Shown here: in pieces, positions 25,051-38,839 of the stretch | Layout: every line of letters begins with the position of its first letter | Numbering within the stretch: the stretch's first letter is position 1 | DNA from: Chiloscyllium plagiosum | Taxonomy: Eukaryota | NCBI RefSeq assembly: GCF_004010195.1 | Contig: NC_057719.1 | Location: forward strand, 62,954,726 to 63,018,725 | Direction: 5' to 3' | Length of the DNA stretch: 64,000 bases | Notes under the pieces: model-generated | The model's database searches: none | What the model was told of the DNA's origin: nothing | The model's input: the letters and a program-made list of their open reading frames with translations, nothing else | Program-made: the position numbers and the translations under genes

Positions 25051-27085
25051 GATGAATGGAATCCTCACTGCAACACAAGGAGAAGCTCTTCAGCCACCGG
25101 GAAGAAGTGATTGAGAAGGATTCTCGGAATGACTTTCCATATCATGGATCGCAAGGAGAACCTTCTATTGATAACACAATTATTTTTATCTCCTTCTTTC
25201 GAAGATGTTTAAAATTACAACTTCTTAGAGTCAACTAGCATCCAGCCCTCCTCCCAGACAAAAGAGATGTAGTCATCTCTCTGTGCTGAGTGCTTCTTTC
25301 TCATATTTCAGTGTTTTGGCAGGTATTCCGACTGTCCCACTAGCCTTGGTGATTCTCAGCTACCTGATGGCCTCATCGACCTCATGTGCTATGAAGGTGA
25401 TGAGTAACAAGCTGCATTACTGAGTCTCAGTTGAAAAGATCCTCAGTGGGCTTTTTTCCAACAGGTGCTGACAGCCTTTCTGTCAGCCTTGACGACTGCC
25501 AACTCATTCTTAGCTCTCATTGAGGTAGCTCCTTGGATAAAGTTGCTCGATTGACTGCACTCTTCTGCAACCACTATCTCTTTATATTGACAGTTGGCCT
25601 TGGTTTGTCTGTAGACAAAACAGGCTTTCCTTGATTGATGTTTTAGTGATGCTCCCAATTGGGGAATGCATTGAGCTTGCTATTCAATAGCTTCTGGATC
25701 TCATTGTCATTCTTATCAGACCAGACTTAATGTTTCCTGTCTAGCTATTTCAGATGGGTTTCAGAGCAGATCAGGCAGTGTGATAATTCTGTGGTCCCTG
25801 TTCATTGATTAGCTCCAGGGTATTGTGATGTTCAGGCCAAATGGTCTTACTTCACACGCTCCTTGAGTCCATTGACGTGGAATTTGCTCGGGCATCACAC
25901 TATGTTTTTTGGGCCAGGCTGATGGAGATAGCAGACTGGAAGAAGGGTTGGTCAGTCCAGCAGTGACCAGCTCTTATCATGACCTTGTGGTCCCTTGCTC
26001 AGAAAATGGGATAGAGAAGACCATACCTGGTCTGAGAGTATTGCTGAGAGATCTTGTATATTGTATCTCTCAGAATATGTCAGGTATTTTGTGAGACTGG
26101 AGACTCTCGTGGTGTTTGCTTCCCTTACACATTGCTTATCAATCACTCCTTTCCAGAGTGTCCCTTCCAATTCTGGCATTGAAAGCAGAATGGGTTTATC
26201 TCCCTTTGGAACAACTACTGGACTCACTTATCGCACAAGGAGGCAAGCTGAGACAGTCAACAAGTTCAGTTTTTATGGTGAAGCCAATCCCATGGAGTCA
26301 CTATACTCCCAGAGGAAGAAATTTTTGCCTCCTTGTTTCCTGAGCTGGCCTTCTGCCTGCCTGGTGTACCTCACTCAGGGCAGTGGTCTCAATGCCATAC
26401 CACCATCCCAGGCTCTGGGATATGGAGCAACATTCATGAGTATCACCATTCGAATTGTGTGTGAGGCTTCTGATGCTCAAGATCGCAAGTTTCATTTTGA
26501 AGGGGTAGAAAGTGCCTGTTCATGGGTTCTTTTAACATAGTGTGGCCATTGCATCCCAACTACCATATGGTCCTGAGCAAGGTCTTTGACCAATAGCAAG
26601 GGCAGCTGAGATGTTTGCAGACCAGGCCCCACCACACAGAGAAGAAACTAACACACACATATGCACGCACACGTATATATATGTAATCCTGCACTGAATT
26701 ACCACATGAGGAACACAAGAGGAAAGAGGGCCTGTCAGATACTGTTACAACAAGCACAATCACGTAATGACTCGGAAATTTCCTGGACTAGCTCCTGCTC
26801 TGTCCACTGTTCCTACAAAGGAAGTGCAGCATAAATGCCATTCGCAAAAATGAATGGTTTTTACTTGAACTTTCAACTGCACAGCACAGGTAGGATGGGA
26901 AAAGCTCAGGGGAGTTCCCTGGCCAATATCAATTGACAGGGCAATGAAATATATTGACACCTGAAGGTAATTCTGAACTATTCAAACCTGCACAGCATCA
27001 ACAGTAGCCTCAGATTCAATGTTATTTGAGGTTCACTGCAGTGAAATTGAGTCAATTTGTTATTGGACATATTGGACATTTGTGA

Positions 27086-27400
27086 GTGGCACGGTGGCTC
27101 AGTGGCTATCACTGCTGCCTCACAGCGCCAGGGACCCAGGTTCGATTCCAGACTTGGGCGATGTCTGTGTGGAGTTTGCACATTCTCCCGTGTCTGCATG
27201 GGTTTCCTCCCACAATCCAAAGATATGCAGGTTAGGTGAATTGGCCATGTAAATTGCCCATAGTGTTTGGGGATGTGTAGGTTAGGGGTAAATATAGGGT
27301 AGGGGAATGGGTCTAGGTGGGGTTACTTTTCAGAGGGTCGGTGTGGACTTGTGGGGCTGAAGGGCCTGTTTCCATACCATAGGGATTCTGGGAATCTAAT
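27086..27400 (+). mobile_element. HE1-type SINE (older subfamily)
   Basis: GTGGCACGGTGGCTCAGTGG, GGTTCGATTCC, tail GCTGAAGGGCCTGTTTCC. Confidence 0.92.
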
Positions 27401-27734
27401 TGACATTTGAACACGCTGGAAAAGCTCTGTGCAGGGAATTCCTCCACAGCCATCAAACACGGTGGATAAGGAAACTCTTCATTCTCTGGTCATGGTTTGA
27501 GGCCCACATTATGTGAAGATCTTTGTGAACTACTTTAACAGGAATGTACTACCCGATATCATACGTCTGGGGCTGAAGGCGTAAAGTGAGCAATTGAAGG
27601 GTTAGAGATATGGCTAGGATGGGAACTTAAGGAAGTCCATGAGCACCTGAAAGATGTCTCCTAAATTTGACTGGGGAACTTCAGAAAGGGAGTCCCGATA
27701 TAGAAAGAAAAAAGCAGCATCCAATATCAGTCCG

Positions 27735-28345
27735 GGGCCTTGGGCAAACCTGATATGCTTGCCTTTATTGGTCGGTGTATTGAGTCTGGGAGGTCATATT
27801 GCATCCGTACTTTTGGCCACTTTTGGAATGTTGCTTTCATTTCTGGTCTTCCTGCAAAGGAGAAGGATGTTGTGAAACTTGAAAGGGTGCAGAAAAGACT
27901 TACAAGGATGTTGCCGGGGTGGAGGGAGGAGCTGAATAGGCTGAGGTTTTTACGCTGGAGTGTCGAAGGCTGAGGGGTGACTTTATAGAGGTTTGTAAAA
28001 TCAGGAGGGGCATGGATAGGATAAGTAGACAAGGGTTTTTTTTTCCCCAGGGTAGGTGAATCCAAAACTAGAGGCCATAGGTTTAAGGTGAGAGGGAAAA
28101 GATTTAAAAGAGACATAAGGGGCAACATTTTCATGCAGAGAGTGGTGCATGTGTGGAATGAGCTTCCTGAGGAGGTGGTGGAGACTGGAACAATTTCAAC
28201 GTTTAAATGGCATCTGGATTAGTATATGAATCGAAAGGGTTTGGAAGGATATGGGCCAAATGTGACTATGTTAATTTAGGATATCTGATCAGCATAGACG
28301 AGTTGGACCGAAGGGTCTGTTTCCATGCTGTCGGACTCTATGACT
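27735..28345 (+). mobile_element. CR1 LINE 3' part
   Basis: KDVVKLERVQKRLTRMLPG; tail GGACCGAAGGGTCTGTTTCC...CTCTATGACT. Confidence 0.92.
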
Positions 28346-29449
28346 GAGGGTGGCAGGTGGGTTGGGAGTGGAGGGTCCAGTTGCCTCTGGAGTATCGTAA
28401 GATGGGATTTCTGAGAGGTCTATCAGTGTGTCCTCCTATGGCTGTCCAGTGGAAATGTCTCAATCTGTTCCAGGTACCTCTGGACAGTCAGTGCTTGACC
28501 AAATGCAAAACAGCCTTTTTAAATCTGGCACCAGCATCAGAGATCCTAGGATGGCACAGCAATGGTGAGTACTTCCTCCTGCATCAAGTGGGATGACCAA
28601 ACTCTCTCAGCTTCACAGAGAGAAGTCCTCCATGAAATTTGACAAAAATGACAGCTAATTTCTGGTAATGCTGAACCAATGTTAGTTTTCCCCTTAAATT
28701 GGCACTCCTGCAAACTGACCTGATTTAGATAAGATGGCAACCTTCAACTAAATGGTAATAATTTTATTCTCAGTGAAAATATGAATTGAAAAATTACTTT
28801 GAAAGGATATGTATATGAAAAGTGAAATATAACTCAAGCAATGTTTATTAACATTGACAGTTTAGACATTGAAGTTATGTTTGTGATACCATATTCCATG
28901 CAATTGCACGACTGAATCATTTCATGTCACATTTCCTCTTTGCCTCTTGTATTTGATTTATTATTTGACGGTATAATGCCCTTTTTAGTGGAAGTCCACT
29001 GTACAAACCTTAGAGCCTTGGGAGAAGAGCTTAGGATGCATTGCAGTTTGTTTGGTAAACTAAATAAAATCTTGTTCATTGTAAAATGGAAATGGAAGAG
29101 CCATTTCTGCTCACCAGTGATGCAGTTCCACACAGAATTCATTCCTGGATCCCTGTATTTTCAGCCTGCTTTATAATTAAAGGTAATGTGCAGCTCCAGT
29201 TTAGTGGCTCCTGAAATTGAAGTGGTTCCTATCCCCATCAGATGAGATCTTGTGGTGCAGTGAGGAACATCCCTATCTTTGAGCCAGAAACTCAGAAAAG
29301 AAAGAGATATTTATAATGTGAGCAAGTGTCAACTTCCATCTCCATCCAACATAATCAGATGTCAACGGCAGGAGAGATTCATGGTCAGCTGTTTAATGGA
29401 ATGAATGTTGGGGCCTGTGTCATAGCTCTAGGCTACAACATGCATTGAG

Positions 29450-29990
29450 AAACATAGAAAACTAGTGTGGGAGTAGGCCATTCAGTCCTTTGAGCTTGCA
29501 TCACCATTTGATATGATCATGGCTGATCATGCAATCTCAGTATCCCAATTCCACTTCTCTCCATACCCCTTGATCCCTTTAGCTGCAAGGGTCATGTCCA
29601 GCTCCCTCTTGAGTATAACTAACAAACTGGCCCACCTGTGGAAGAAAATTCCACAGGTTCACAACTCTCTGAGTGAAGAAATTCTGCCTCATCTCAGTCC
29701 TGAATGGATTATCCCTTATTTTTATACTGTGACCCACAGTTCTGGACTTCCGCAACATCGGGAACATTCTTCCTGCATCTAGCATGTCCAATCCCATCAG
29801 GATTTCACATGTTTCTATGAGATTTCCTCTCACTCTTCTAAATTCCAACGAGTACAAGCCCAGCAGATCCAGTCTTTCCTCATATGTCATTCCTTCCATC
29901 TCGGAAATCAATCTGGTGAACCTTCGCTGGGCTCCCTAAATAGAAAGAATGTTCTTCCTCAGACTAGGAGACCAATACTGCATACAATAT
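29450..29990 (-). mobile_element. CR1 LINE 3' part
   Basis: ORF 29579-29911: YEERLDLLGLYSLEFRRVRGNLIE...FFTQRVVNLWN. Confidence 0.92.
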
Positions 29991-31749
29991 AAAAGTGTGT
30001 TTGTTATAGCATCTTAGACTCTGCGTATGAACTGCAACACAGCACCATCGCTTCAACATAATCTATCAAAACATTCATTCGAATACCTAATTGCACATTA
30101 GTTAGTCTGACTTTACTTTCAGTCATTCTAACAACATTGAGCAATTACTTTTGCATGAAATTACCCGAACTTCTTCCCCTTGAGATTTTGCATTCTTGGT
30201 ACTATAGATTTTCCTTCCCAAATGAACTGAACAATGAGCAAGTATATAATTGTACAAGAACAATGTTTTCTCTGTGGGCTCCATTGCTGAATGAGTAGTT
30301 TCTCATATCAAAATATAAATGAGAGGAAAATGAAATGGTAACATGCAGGAAATGAACAAACTGCCCTAATCACAATCAAATGAATTGATTTTTACATAAG
30401 GCAAGACTGTCCAGCCCGTCATGACCTTAGCATATCCTGTAGCATGTTAAAACCAGTGAGGTACTAAATGTTAGCCTGGATTATATTTACAAATCCTGAG
30501 GTGAGGATTAAACTTAAACCTTCTTACACAAAGACAAGGGGCTGACTTTCGCCAGCCTTCTGGAGATGGGCCCAGATGTCAGGGGCTTGTGAAAGGACAA
30601 AGGAAGGTAATGTGTTGGGATGCCAGACATCTTTCCACCAGCAGTGAGATGATAAAGAATAGTCCTCCCACCAGGAGGCCAACTAAACCGCTCAAATGGT
30701 AAATTCGGAGCGGCCTCTCACCAAGGCTGCCACTTTCCCAGTGGCAGTAGGTACTTCAGCAATTTGAAGACTACATAGTGAATTTTGGTTGTTTCCCTAT
30801 GGACTCAGGAGGAAAAAGTGGGCAGTGCCTACCTATTCGCGCACTCACTAGCCGATCAACGGGCTCCATGGCCACACCTGACTGGCAAGAATGCCATTTT
30901 CCCTTGTCCTTGTCCAAATTGTTGTCGGGGTCTTCCTGATGCCTCCTTGACATCTTTTGGGGGGGATGGGGGGATGCGATGGTATGATGATGTGGTGGGC
31001 AGGCAGGCAGCATCCCTTCGTGGAACCCTCTTTTTTCAAACATAGTCCCAGCAGTAGCCATGATTCCTGGGGGCCCTGTTGAGAGTGCTGGCTCTTTAAT
31101 TGTTAATAACTCCTGCACTTGGGCCAGCCATCACTTAAAGCTACAGCAATGCAGGCCATTGTAAAGTGAAACCAGGGATCTTGCAAACACCTAGGGTGGA
31201 GTCAACTCTGCTTTTCAGCTTGTCAGACTAGGATTGTGATCAAGTGAATGGATTTGCCTCATTACTATTGCAGGTCTCTCAATAAATGTAATTCATTTGC
31301 TGTGTAAAGAAGCCACACATTTCATAGTGTTCACTTATACAGAGGCCAAAGACCCCACAAAAATGGATGAAACCGTGAAGATCCCAAAGAAAATGGATGG
31401 AGATCATAACAGAGTTGAAATAACAAATAAGACTGTTCTCAGATATAAAACTGAAGCAGATCGGAGACAATTGTTAATATCAGATAGTCAGAACTCAAAG
31501 GTATTTCTATCTTTAACCATCTATGTTTGAAGCTCTGGCACAATTTTGCCAGCTCTCTCTTGTGATACCTACAGTCTCGGTCAACAGCCTTGCCCCATAC
31601 TCCACATTAACAGCCCAAGGCTTCTCTCCACAGTTTCTTGGGCTTATTTAATTGAATTTTTTACTCACTATTTCTGCAATAGCATCACAAACACTGCAAA
31701 AGATAGAGGACAAAATATTCTAGGAAGAAAGCATAGTCATGTCTGAGCA

Positions 31750-32510
31750 GTGCATTTCGCCGCCACTGGGGCCTATTCTGACATTCAGTCGTATTATAGT
31801 TGATCTCCCATGTAACTCCATAGCCATTGGCCCATGTCCCTTAATACCTTTGAACACCAAAACTCTCTTAATGTCATGTGATGTGAAGGGAGAGAAATGC
31901 AGATGGAAATAAAAGTGTTTCTTAATTTCATTGCAGGAATGTTGGCTCTAATTTTCAGGCTATGCCCCCAATTCTACACTACGCAACCCAATTTAAATAG
32001 GTTCTACGTGGTCTGCATTATCAGTTTCTCTCAATATCTCAAAGATTTAAATTGAGTCACCTCATCCTTCTGCATTTCAATTTATGTAGAAGGTAACTGG
32101 TGGCACAGTGGTTAGCACTGCTGCCTCACAGCGCCAGAGACCCGGGTTCAATTCCCGCCTCAGGTGACTGACAGTGTGGAGTTTGCACATTCTCCCCGTG
32201 TCTGCGTGGGTTTCCTCCGGGTGCTCCGGTTTCCTCCCACAGTCCAAAGATGTGCAGGTTAGGTGAATTGGCCATGCTAAATTGCCCGTAGTGTTAGGTA
32301 AGGGGTAAATGTAGGGGTATGGGTGGGTTGCGCTTCGGTGGGTCGGTGTGGACTTGTTGGGCCGAAGGGCCTGTTTCCACACTGTAATCTAATCTAATCT
32401 AATCTAATCTAAACTCTAGTTTTTTTAATCGCACCTCACTATTTAACTCTACACTCCAGCTACAATTCTGGTAAATCTACATTGTATTCCCTCCAGGCTT
32501 AATATATCCC
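31750..32510 (-). mobile_element. Old CR1 3' fragment interrupted by HE1
   Basis: LEGIQCRFTRIVAGV at 32449-32500 and a degenerate tail near 31760-31850. Confidence 0.55.
32099..32412 (+). mobile_element. Young HE1-type SINE
   Basis: Near-identical to 23185-23502; (AATCT)5 tail. Confidence 0.96.
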
Positions 32511-32689
32511 TAATCACAAAGTGAAAAGGGGTGGCGTAAGTGATAAAACTGATGGTAAGGAAGAGGCAGAGAGGAAATAAAAGATGGACACAAGAAAGAG
32601 AAGCATTGGGACTGGAGGAAAGGGAAACAGCAAATAATATAATACCATAACACATTCTAAATGATGATTGAGGAAAACATGAAATTACA

Positions 32690-33640
32690 AAAAAAGTTAA
32701 TCTTTCGGAGAGAAGCTGTTCCTTGGTTTGAAAATATGGATTTTCAAAGGGGTTTGGGTAATGTGTCATGTAATAGATGAAATTACTCACGCCAAAAAAT
32801 GTCAAGTTTGAGGACAAGTGACATAATGGATTTTAATAATAAACAGAAAATATGGAAATGCACTGCTGGGTCTGCAGCCACTATGGAGAGAAAAATAAGC
32901 ATAGTTAATGTTTCACTGTTCATTCACTCTTCACGGATGTTGCCAAAACTGCTGAGTATGATTTCTTTTTATTTAAGATTCCCAGTGTCTGCGGTATTTT
33001 GTTTTGGTAAAATGCTCTGTTGGTTGGTCTCAAGACAGAGAACAGAGATTGGGTTTAAAGGGTAACTATTCAGAATAGCAGAAGGTAGAATGGGGTATTC
33101 TAAAAGGATCAGTGCTGAGACAACTGCCATTGACATTTAATATGAATGATTTAGTCTTTGAAATCAAATCCCAAATTTGCAAATTTTATTGTCACATCAA
33201 ATTTAATGAATACTCAATACTAAGAAATTCTACAACAAATTTGGCATGAATAAATGTACCGAATAGGCAAATAATTGGAAAATGAAGTTCAACACAGATG
33301 AATGTGAGGAAATATGTTTTAATAGGAAGAATAGAAAACTCATTATTATTGAAAGGCACAAGTTAGGGTAAGGTCGAGGACTAAAAGAATCTCAGACGAG
33401 AAATGGACTGATCACAAAAAGTCACACTACAAGTTAACAAGATCATTTTAAAAAAATTAGCAAGCCATGCACTGGATTTTATTTCTGGAGCAATAGAATT
33501 GAAAAGTAGGGGAGTGAAGCTGAACCTGTAATGCTTATTGGTTGGACCACACTTGGGATATTGTGTGCATTTCTGGTTACTGTATTATAAGTAAGGAATA
33601 GAAACACTGTTGAGACTACAGAGAGGATTAAAGTGATTAA
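32690..33640 (+). mobile_element. Old CR1 RT fragment
   Basis: GILKGSVL (decayed GVPQGSVL), WKMKFNTDECE and VGPHLGYCVHFW remnants. Confidence 0.6.
32838..33006. mobile_element. Old fold-back Penelope-derived insertion
   Basis: AAACAGAAAATATGGAAATGCACTGCTGGGTCTGCAGC followed by its approximate inverse ACTGCTGAGTA...AGATTCCCAGTGTCTGCGG. Confidence 0.5.
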
Positions 33641-33644
33641 AACA

Positions 33645-34765
33645 GAAATGCATCTGTGCTCTTTCAACAGAACTTATTTACCAACATATCACTCAAAAAA
33701 GCCATTGACACTTACACTTTGTCTCTCTATCATGGCAGTCTAGAGTTCCATTGGTGTCTGAACCTATATTCATCAACTGATCAACTTAGCAGCGTGTGCG
33801 ATTGTGCTCAATTTCAAAGACACCACAAATACTGAAATCGATGACATTTTGTGGATCCCCCTGGGATCAGCTGTTGCTAGCATCTTCATTGGCTTCCTTG
33901 AGAACCGTGTCATTGATGGAAAAACTACTAACCTCCTGTCCTTCAGGTATTTCTGATATATAGATGACACATTTGTGATGTTTCAATCCACAGCTGCATC
34001 AAGAATTTTTTTCCAGTTTATTAAACACAATCAGGAGCTCAAAGTTACCACTGAAATGGAGCAATCAAACAAACTCCCTTTCCTTGATGTATTGACTGAG
34101 AAATCTGCCAATGTGTTTTTCTATCTACTGAAAGATTAGAAGCTTGGCTTCCTACAGTTCCAAGCACTGCCACTTCAATCTTATTGACAATCTCATGAAT
34201 AGGGTCTGATCCATCTTCTCACTGTATTAGCTTGATGCTGAGAGAGAGAGAGAGCATGTCTAAACTATCCTGCTCAATAATGGCTGTCCCAATCACATCA
34301 TCACTTGGTGTATGTTGTGAAAACTCATAGAGGGGCCCATGTCTACCATATTTGGCCCTGAACAGGACCCAATGTACTTCAAATACTTGGAAAAAGGAAG
34401 GAATCTCAAAACTTGAATGACATGTGAAGCTGGTTCTTTCACACTGCCACTTTGCAGTAAATCCTCAAGTGAGTCTCCACTAATGGGATGCTGCTGCTAA
34501 GTCAAAAAGATATTTTGTAAGACCATATAAATGAATAATGTGATATATAAGTTTCTGCATCAATTGTTTGCAAGATCTGTAGACTGCATGTCCCAGCAAT
34601 GGGTGGGGCAATATCAAACAACATGTCCAATTAAACATTTGTAGAGGACAGCATGTTGACCATACTTAATCAGCCCATGCTTACGAGCTTCAGAACAGTG
34701 TGTCCACCATGTGAACATCATTATTAAACAATCCAGATTAAGAATTACATTAGAAACCAGTGTAA
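33645..34765 (+). mobile_element. Decayed Penelope-like element (RT plus GIY-YIG), second family
   Basis: GSP.GSAVASIFIGFLENRV, YF*YIDDTF, LKVTTEMEQSNKLPFLDVL, NNVIYKF remnants. Confidence 0.75.
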
Positions 34766-34767
34766 GA

Positions 34768-37416
34768 TTGGATGGGTTTAAATTAATTCAGCATGGAGAA
34801 TGGGGACCTAAATTGTCATTCGAGTATAGAGAAGGTTGAGAGGAGGGAGGACTAAAATATGATTTTGGGGTCGCGAGAGGGCACTGGCAAGCAAAACATT
34901 GGCTTGAAGTGTGTCTATTTCAACACCAGGAGAGTACAGAATAAGGTGGGTGAACTTGCAGCATGTGTCGGTACCTGGGATTTCGATGTTGTGGCCATTT
35001 CAGAGACATGGGTAGAACAGGGACAGGAATGGTTGTTATAGGTTCTGGGATTTAGATATTTTAGCAAGAACAGAGAAGAGGATGAAAGAGGTGGGGGTGT
35101 GGCATTGTTGGTCAACAACAGTATTATAGCTGCAGAAAGGATGCTTAAGGACTTGTCAACTGAGGTAGTATGGCTGAGATTTGAAACAGGAAAGGAGAGG
35201 TCACCCTGTCGGGAGTTTTCTATAGGCCTCTGAATAGTTCCAGAGATTTAGAGGAAAGGATAGCAAAGATGATTCTCAATAGGAGCGAGAGTCACAGGGT
35301 AGTTGTCATGGGGGACTTCAACTTCACAAATATTGACTGAGAATACTAAAGTTCAAGTACTTTAGTTTTTGTCCATTGTGTGCAGGAGGGTTTTCTGACA
35401 CTATATGTAGACAGGCCAACAAGGGGCGAGGCCACATTAGATTTGGTACTGGGTAATGAACCCGGCCAGGTGTTAGATTTGGAGGTATGTGAACACTTTG
35501 ATGATCATGACCACAATTCAGTTATGTTTACTTTAGCGATGGAAAGGGATAAGTATACACCAGAGGGCAAGAGCTACAGCTGGGGAAAGGCAGTTATGAT
35601 GCGATTGGACACGATTTAAGATGCATAGGTTGGGGAAGGAAACTACAGGGAATGGGCACAATAGAAATGTGTAATTTATTCAAGGAACAGCTCCTGTGTG
35701 TCCTTGATAAGTATGTACCTGTCAGACAGGAAGGAAGTTGTCGAGCGCAGGAGCCATGGTTTACTAAGGAAGTTGAATCTCTTGTCAAGGGGAAGAAGGA
35801 GACTTATGTTCGGATGAGATGTGAAGGCTCGGTTAGGGTGATTAAGAGTTACAAGGTAGCCAGAAAAGACTTAGAGAGTAAAGCGAGCAAAGAGGGGACA
35901 TGAGAAGTTGTTGGCCGATAGGATCAGGGAAAACCCTAAAGCTTTCTATAGGTATATGAGGAATTAAACAATGACTAGAGTGAGATTAGGGCCAATCAAA
36001 GACAGTAGTGGGAAGTTGTGCATAGAGTCAGAAGAGATCGGGGAAGCGCTAAATGAATATTTTTTGTCAGTTTTGCACACTGGAAAAAGACAATATTGTC
36101 AAGGAGAATACTGAGAAACAGGCTACAAGAGTCGTTGGGATTGAGGTTCACAAGGAGGAGGTGTTAGATATTCTGGAAAGTGTGAAAATACATAAATTCC
36201 TTGGGCTGGATGGGATTTATCCTAGGATTCTCTGGGAAACAAGGGAGGAGATTGCCGAGCCTTTAGCTTTGATCTTTATGTCGTTATTGTCAATAGGAAT
36301 AGTACCACAAGACTGGGAGATAGCAAATGTTGTTCCCTCGTTCAAGAAGGGGAGTAGAGACAACCCTGCTAATTATAGTGAGCCTTACTTCGGTTGTCAG
36401 TAAAGTGTTGGAAAAGGTTATAAGAAATAGGATTTATAATCACCCTGATAGGAAGAAGTTGATTAGGGATAGTCAACATGGTTTTGTGAAGGGTAGGTCG
36501 TGCCTCACAAACCTTATGAGTTCTTTGAAAAGGTGACCAAACAGGTGAATGAGGATAAAGCCATTGATGTGTATGTAGATTTCAGCAAGGCATTTGATAA
36601 GGTTTCCCATGGTAGGCTACTGTACAAAATACGGAGGCAGAAGATTGAGGGTGACTTAGAGGTTGGGATCAGAATTGGCTAGCTGAAACAAGACAGAGGG
36701 AGGTGGTTAATGAGAAATGTTCATCCTGGAGTTCTTTTACTAATGATGTACTGCAAGGATCTGCGATTTGTCGTTTTTATAAACGACCTGGATAGAGGAT
36801 GGGTTGGTAAATTTGCGGACGACACTAAGGTCAGTACAGTTGTGGATAGTGCTGAAGGATGTTATAAGTTACAGAGGGACATAGATCAGCTGCAGAGCAG
36901 GGCTGAGAGGTGGCAAATGGAGTTTAATGCAGATAAGTATGAGATGATTCACTTTGGAAGGATTAATAGGAATGCAGAGTACTGGGTGAATGGTAAGACT
37001 CTAGATAGTGTAGTTGAGCAGAGAGATCTCAGTGTCCATGTACATAGATTCCTCAAAGTTGCCACCCAGATTGATGGGCTGTTAAGAAGATAATCAGAGG
37101 GTTAGATCGGGTGGACAGTGAGAGCATTTTCCCGACGATGGTGATGGCTAGCACGAGGGGGCATAGCTTCAAATTGAGGGGTGATAGATATAGGACAGAT
37201 ATTAGAGGTAGTTTCTTTACTCAGAGAGTAGTAGGGGTGTGGAATGCACTGCCTGCAACAGTTGTAGACTTGCCAACTTTATGTGCATTTAAATGGTAAT
37301 TGGATACGCATATGGACAAAAATGGAATAATGTTGGTTAGATGGGCTTCAGATTGGTATCACAGGGCGGCACAACTTCCAGGGCCGAAAGGCCTGTACTG
37401 CGTTGTAATGTTCTAT
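34768..37416 (+). mobile_element. CR1 LINE: end of ORF1, disrupted ORF2 (EN and RT) with internal deletion near 37088, and tail
   Basis: LKCVYFNTR..QNKVGEL, VAISETW, MGDFN, PTRGEATLDLVL, GLDGIYPRIL, SQHGFVKGRSCLTNL, DFSKAFDKV, KFADDTK, TRGHSFKL; GTTCTAT end. Confidence 0.95.
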
Positions 37417-37421
37417 AGATC

Positions 37422-37847
37422 CATAGAGTGATAGAGATGTACAGCACAGACCCTTCGGTCTAACTCGTCCAGGCCGACCAGATATCCCAGCCCAAACTAG
37501 GTCCACCTGCCAGCACCCAGCCCATATCGCTCCAAACCCTTCCTATTCATATACCCATCCAGATGCCTTTTAAATGTTGCAATTGTACCAGCCTCCACCA
37601 CATCCTCTGGCAGCTTATTCCATACACATACCATTCTCTGCGTGAAAAGTTTCCCTTTAGGTCTCATTTATATCTTTCTATTTTTACCCTAAACCTATGC
37701 CCTCTAGTTCGGTACATCCCCACTCCAGGGAAAAGACTTTGTCTATTTACCCTATCCATGGCCCTCATGATTTTATAAACCTCTATAAGGTCACCCTTCA
37801 GCCTCCGAGGCTCCAGGAAAAACTGCCCCAGCCTGTTCAGCCTCTTA
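37422..37847 (-). mobile_element. CR1 3' end, tail-to-tail with the previous element
   Basis: RRLKGDLIEVYKIMR...RTRGHRFRV and tail. Confidence 0.92.
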
Positions 37848-38224
37848 TGATTATCAGCATCTTCAGTGTGATGCACTTGCATGTGCTAGCAATTGCATTT
37901 ATCAATTCACAAGACACTGTGATATATTGGCAAAAGAAATTTATATATACATCACACATTTTTAATGGGGAGAAAAAGAAGGGGGTCATTAAAATTGTCG
38001 ATTTCTGCTGCATTCCAATAGCAAAATGTTGGACCATTCATAGTCTACCAGCCTGCTCTGAGAACCAAGATTGACAGTTAACTGTTCCTGCTGCATCTCC
38101 ATGACGATAATTCCCCAACCATCAGCACCCTTTTCTCATGCCACATGAATTGATGTCTGTTTTTTTCCAAGACTATATGTTGCACCCTGGTCCTGATGAG
38201 TGCAAGACAGCCTTGTCTCCTTTT

Positions 38225-38650
38225 AACAACTTTGAAATGCATTGGTATACATTTCATGAAATAGGTGAGAACCTGCATCGCTTTCCTCTTGAAAAAAGCC
38301 TGAGGGGTGACCAAATCAAACCTTTAAATATCTAATGATCTTTGATGATTGTCGGGGGGGGGGGTGTAGATCACTTTTCCTTTTTTGGGTGGGGGAGGAA
38401 GAACATAACTGGAGTCCTCAATATAAGATAGACATCAAGAAATCCAAAGGAGCATTTAGCGTAAAGTCCTGCACCAAAGAGAGGTGAGAACTTAGAACTA
38501 AATACAACAGACAGTGGTTGGAGCAAGTACCACAAATACATTTAAGGGGAAATGAAGCAACCTATCAGGGAAAAGGGAATAAAGGGTTAAGGTTTTAAAT
38601 TTGGATGAGGGCTCGCTTTGAGCATAATCCCAATGATGGACTGGTTCCCC
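38225..38650 (+). mobile_element. Old CR1 3' fragment
   Basis: FPLEKSLRGDQIKPLNI remnant and degenerate tail. Confidence 0.55.
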
Positions 38651-38839
38651 TATGGCTATAAAAGGAAGTAAAATGGCAAACATGGAAAGAGGGAAAAGCT
38701 GAAGAGCAGGAAAACAAGCAAAGGAGGTAAAATGTAAATGAATTCCAGAGAGGTGGCTTCAAGAGGTATTCTTTTTTGTGAAGAAAGGCTGAGACAGAGA
38801 TGCTGATGGCTCTACTCAGAGCCAATAAAGTAAACAGTT

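Larger units (their letters stand above)
22825..26560 (-). mobile_element. Near-full-length decayed RTE-clade LINE carrying four nested insertions
   Basis: N-terminus MKLAILSIRSL (26495), VPKGDKPILL...WKGVIDKQ, DKNDNEIQKLL, RLRCASIAFS...IKLMMYVAAVLPAFL, LKASLKSWNIPTNSWE; colinear from 26500 down to 22830. Confidence 0.8.

Noticed and set aside
25995..26540. 181-aa plus-strand ORF
   Set aside because: It is antisense to the RTE endonuclease region and has no independent coding signal.
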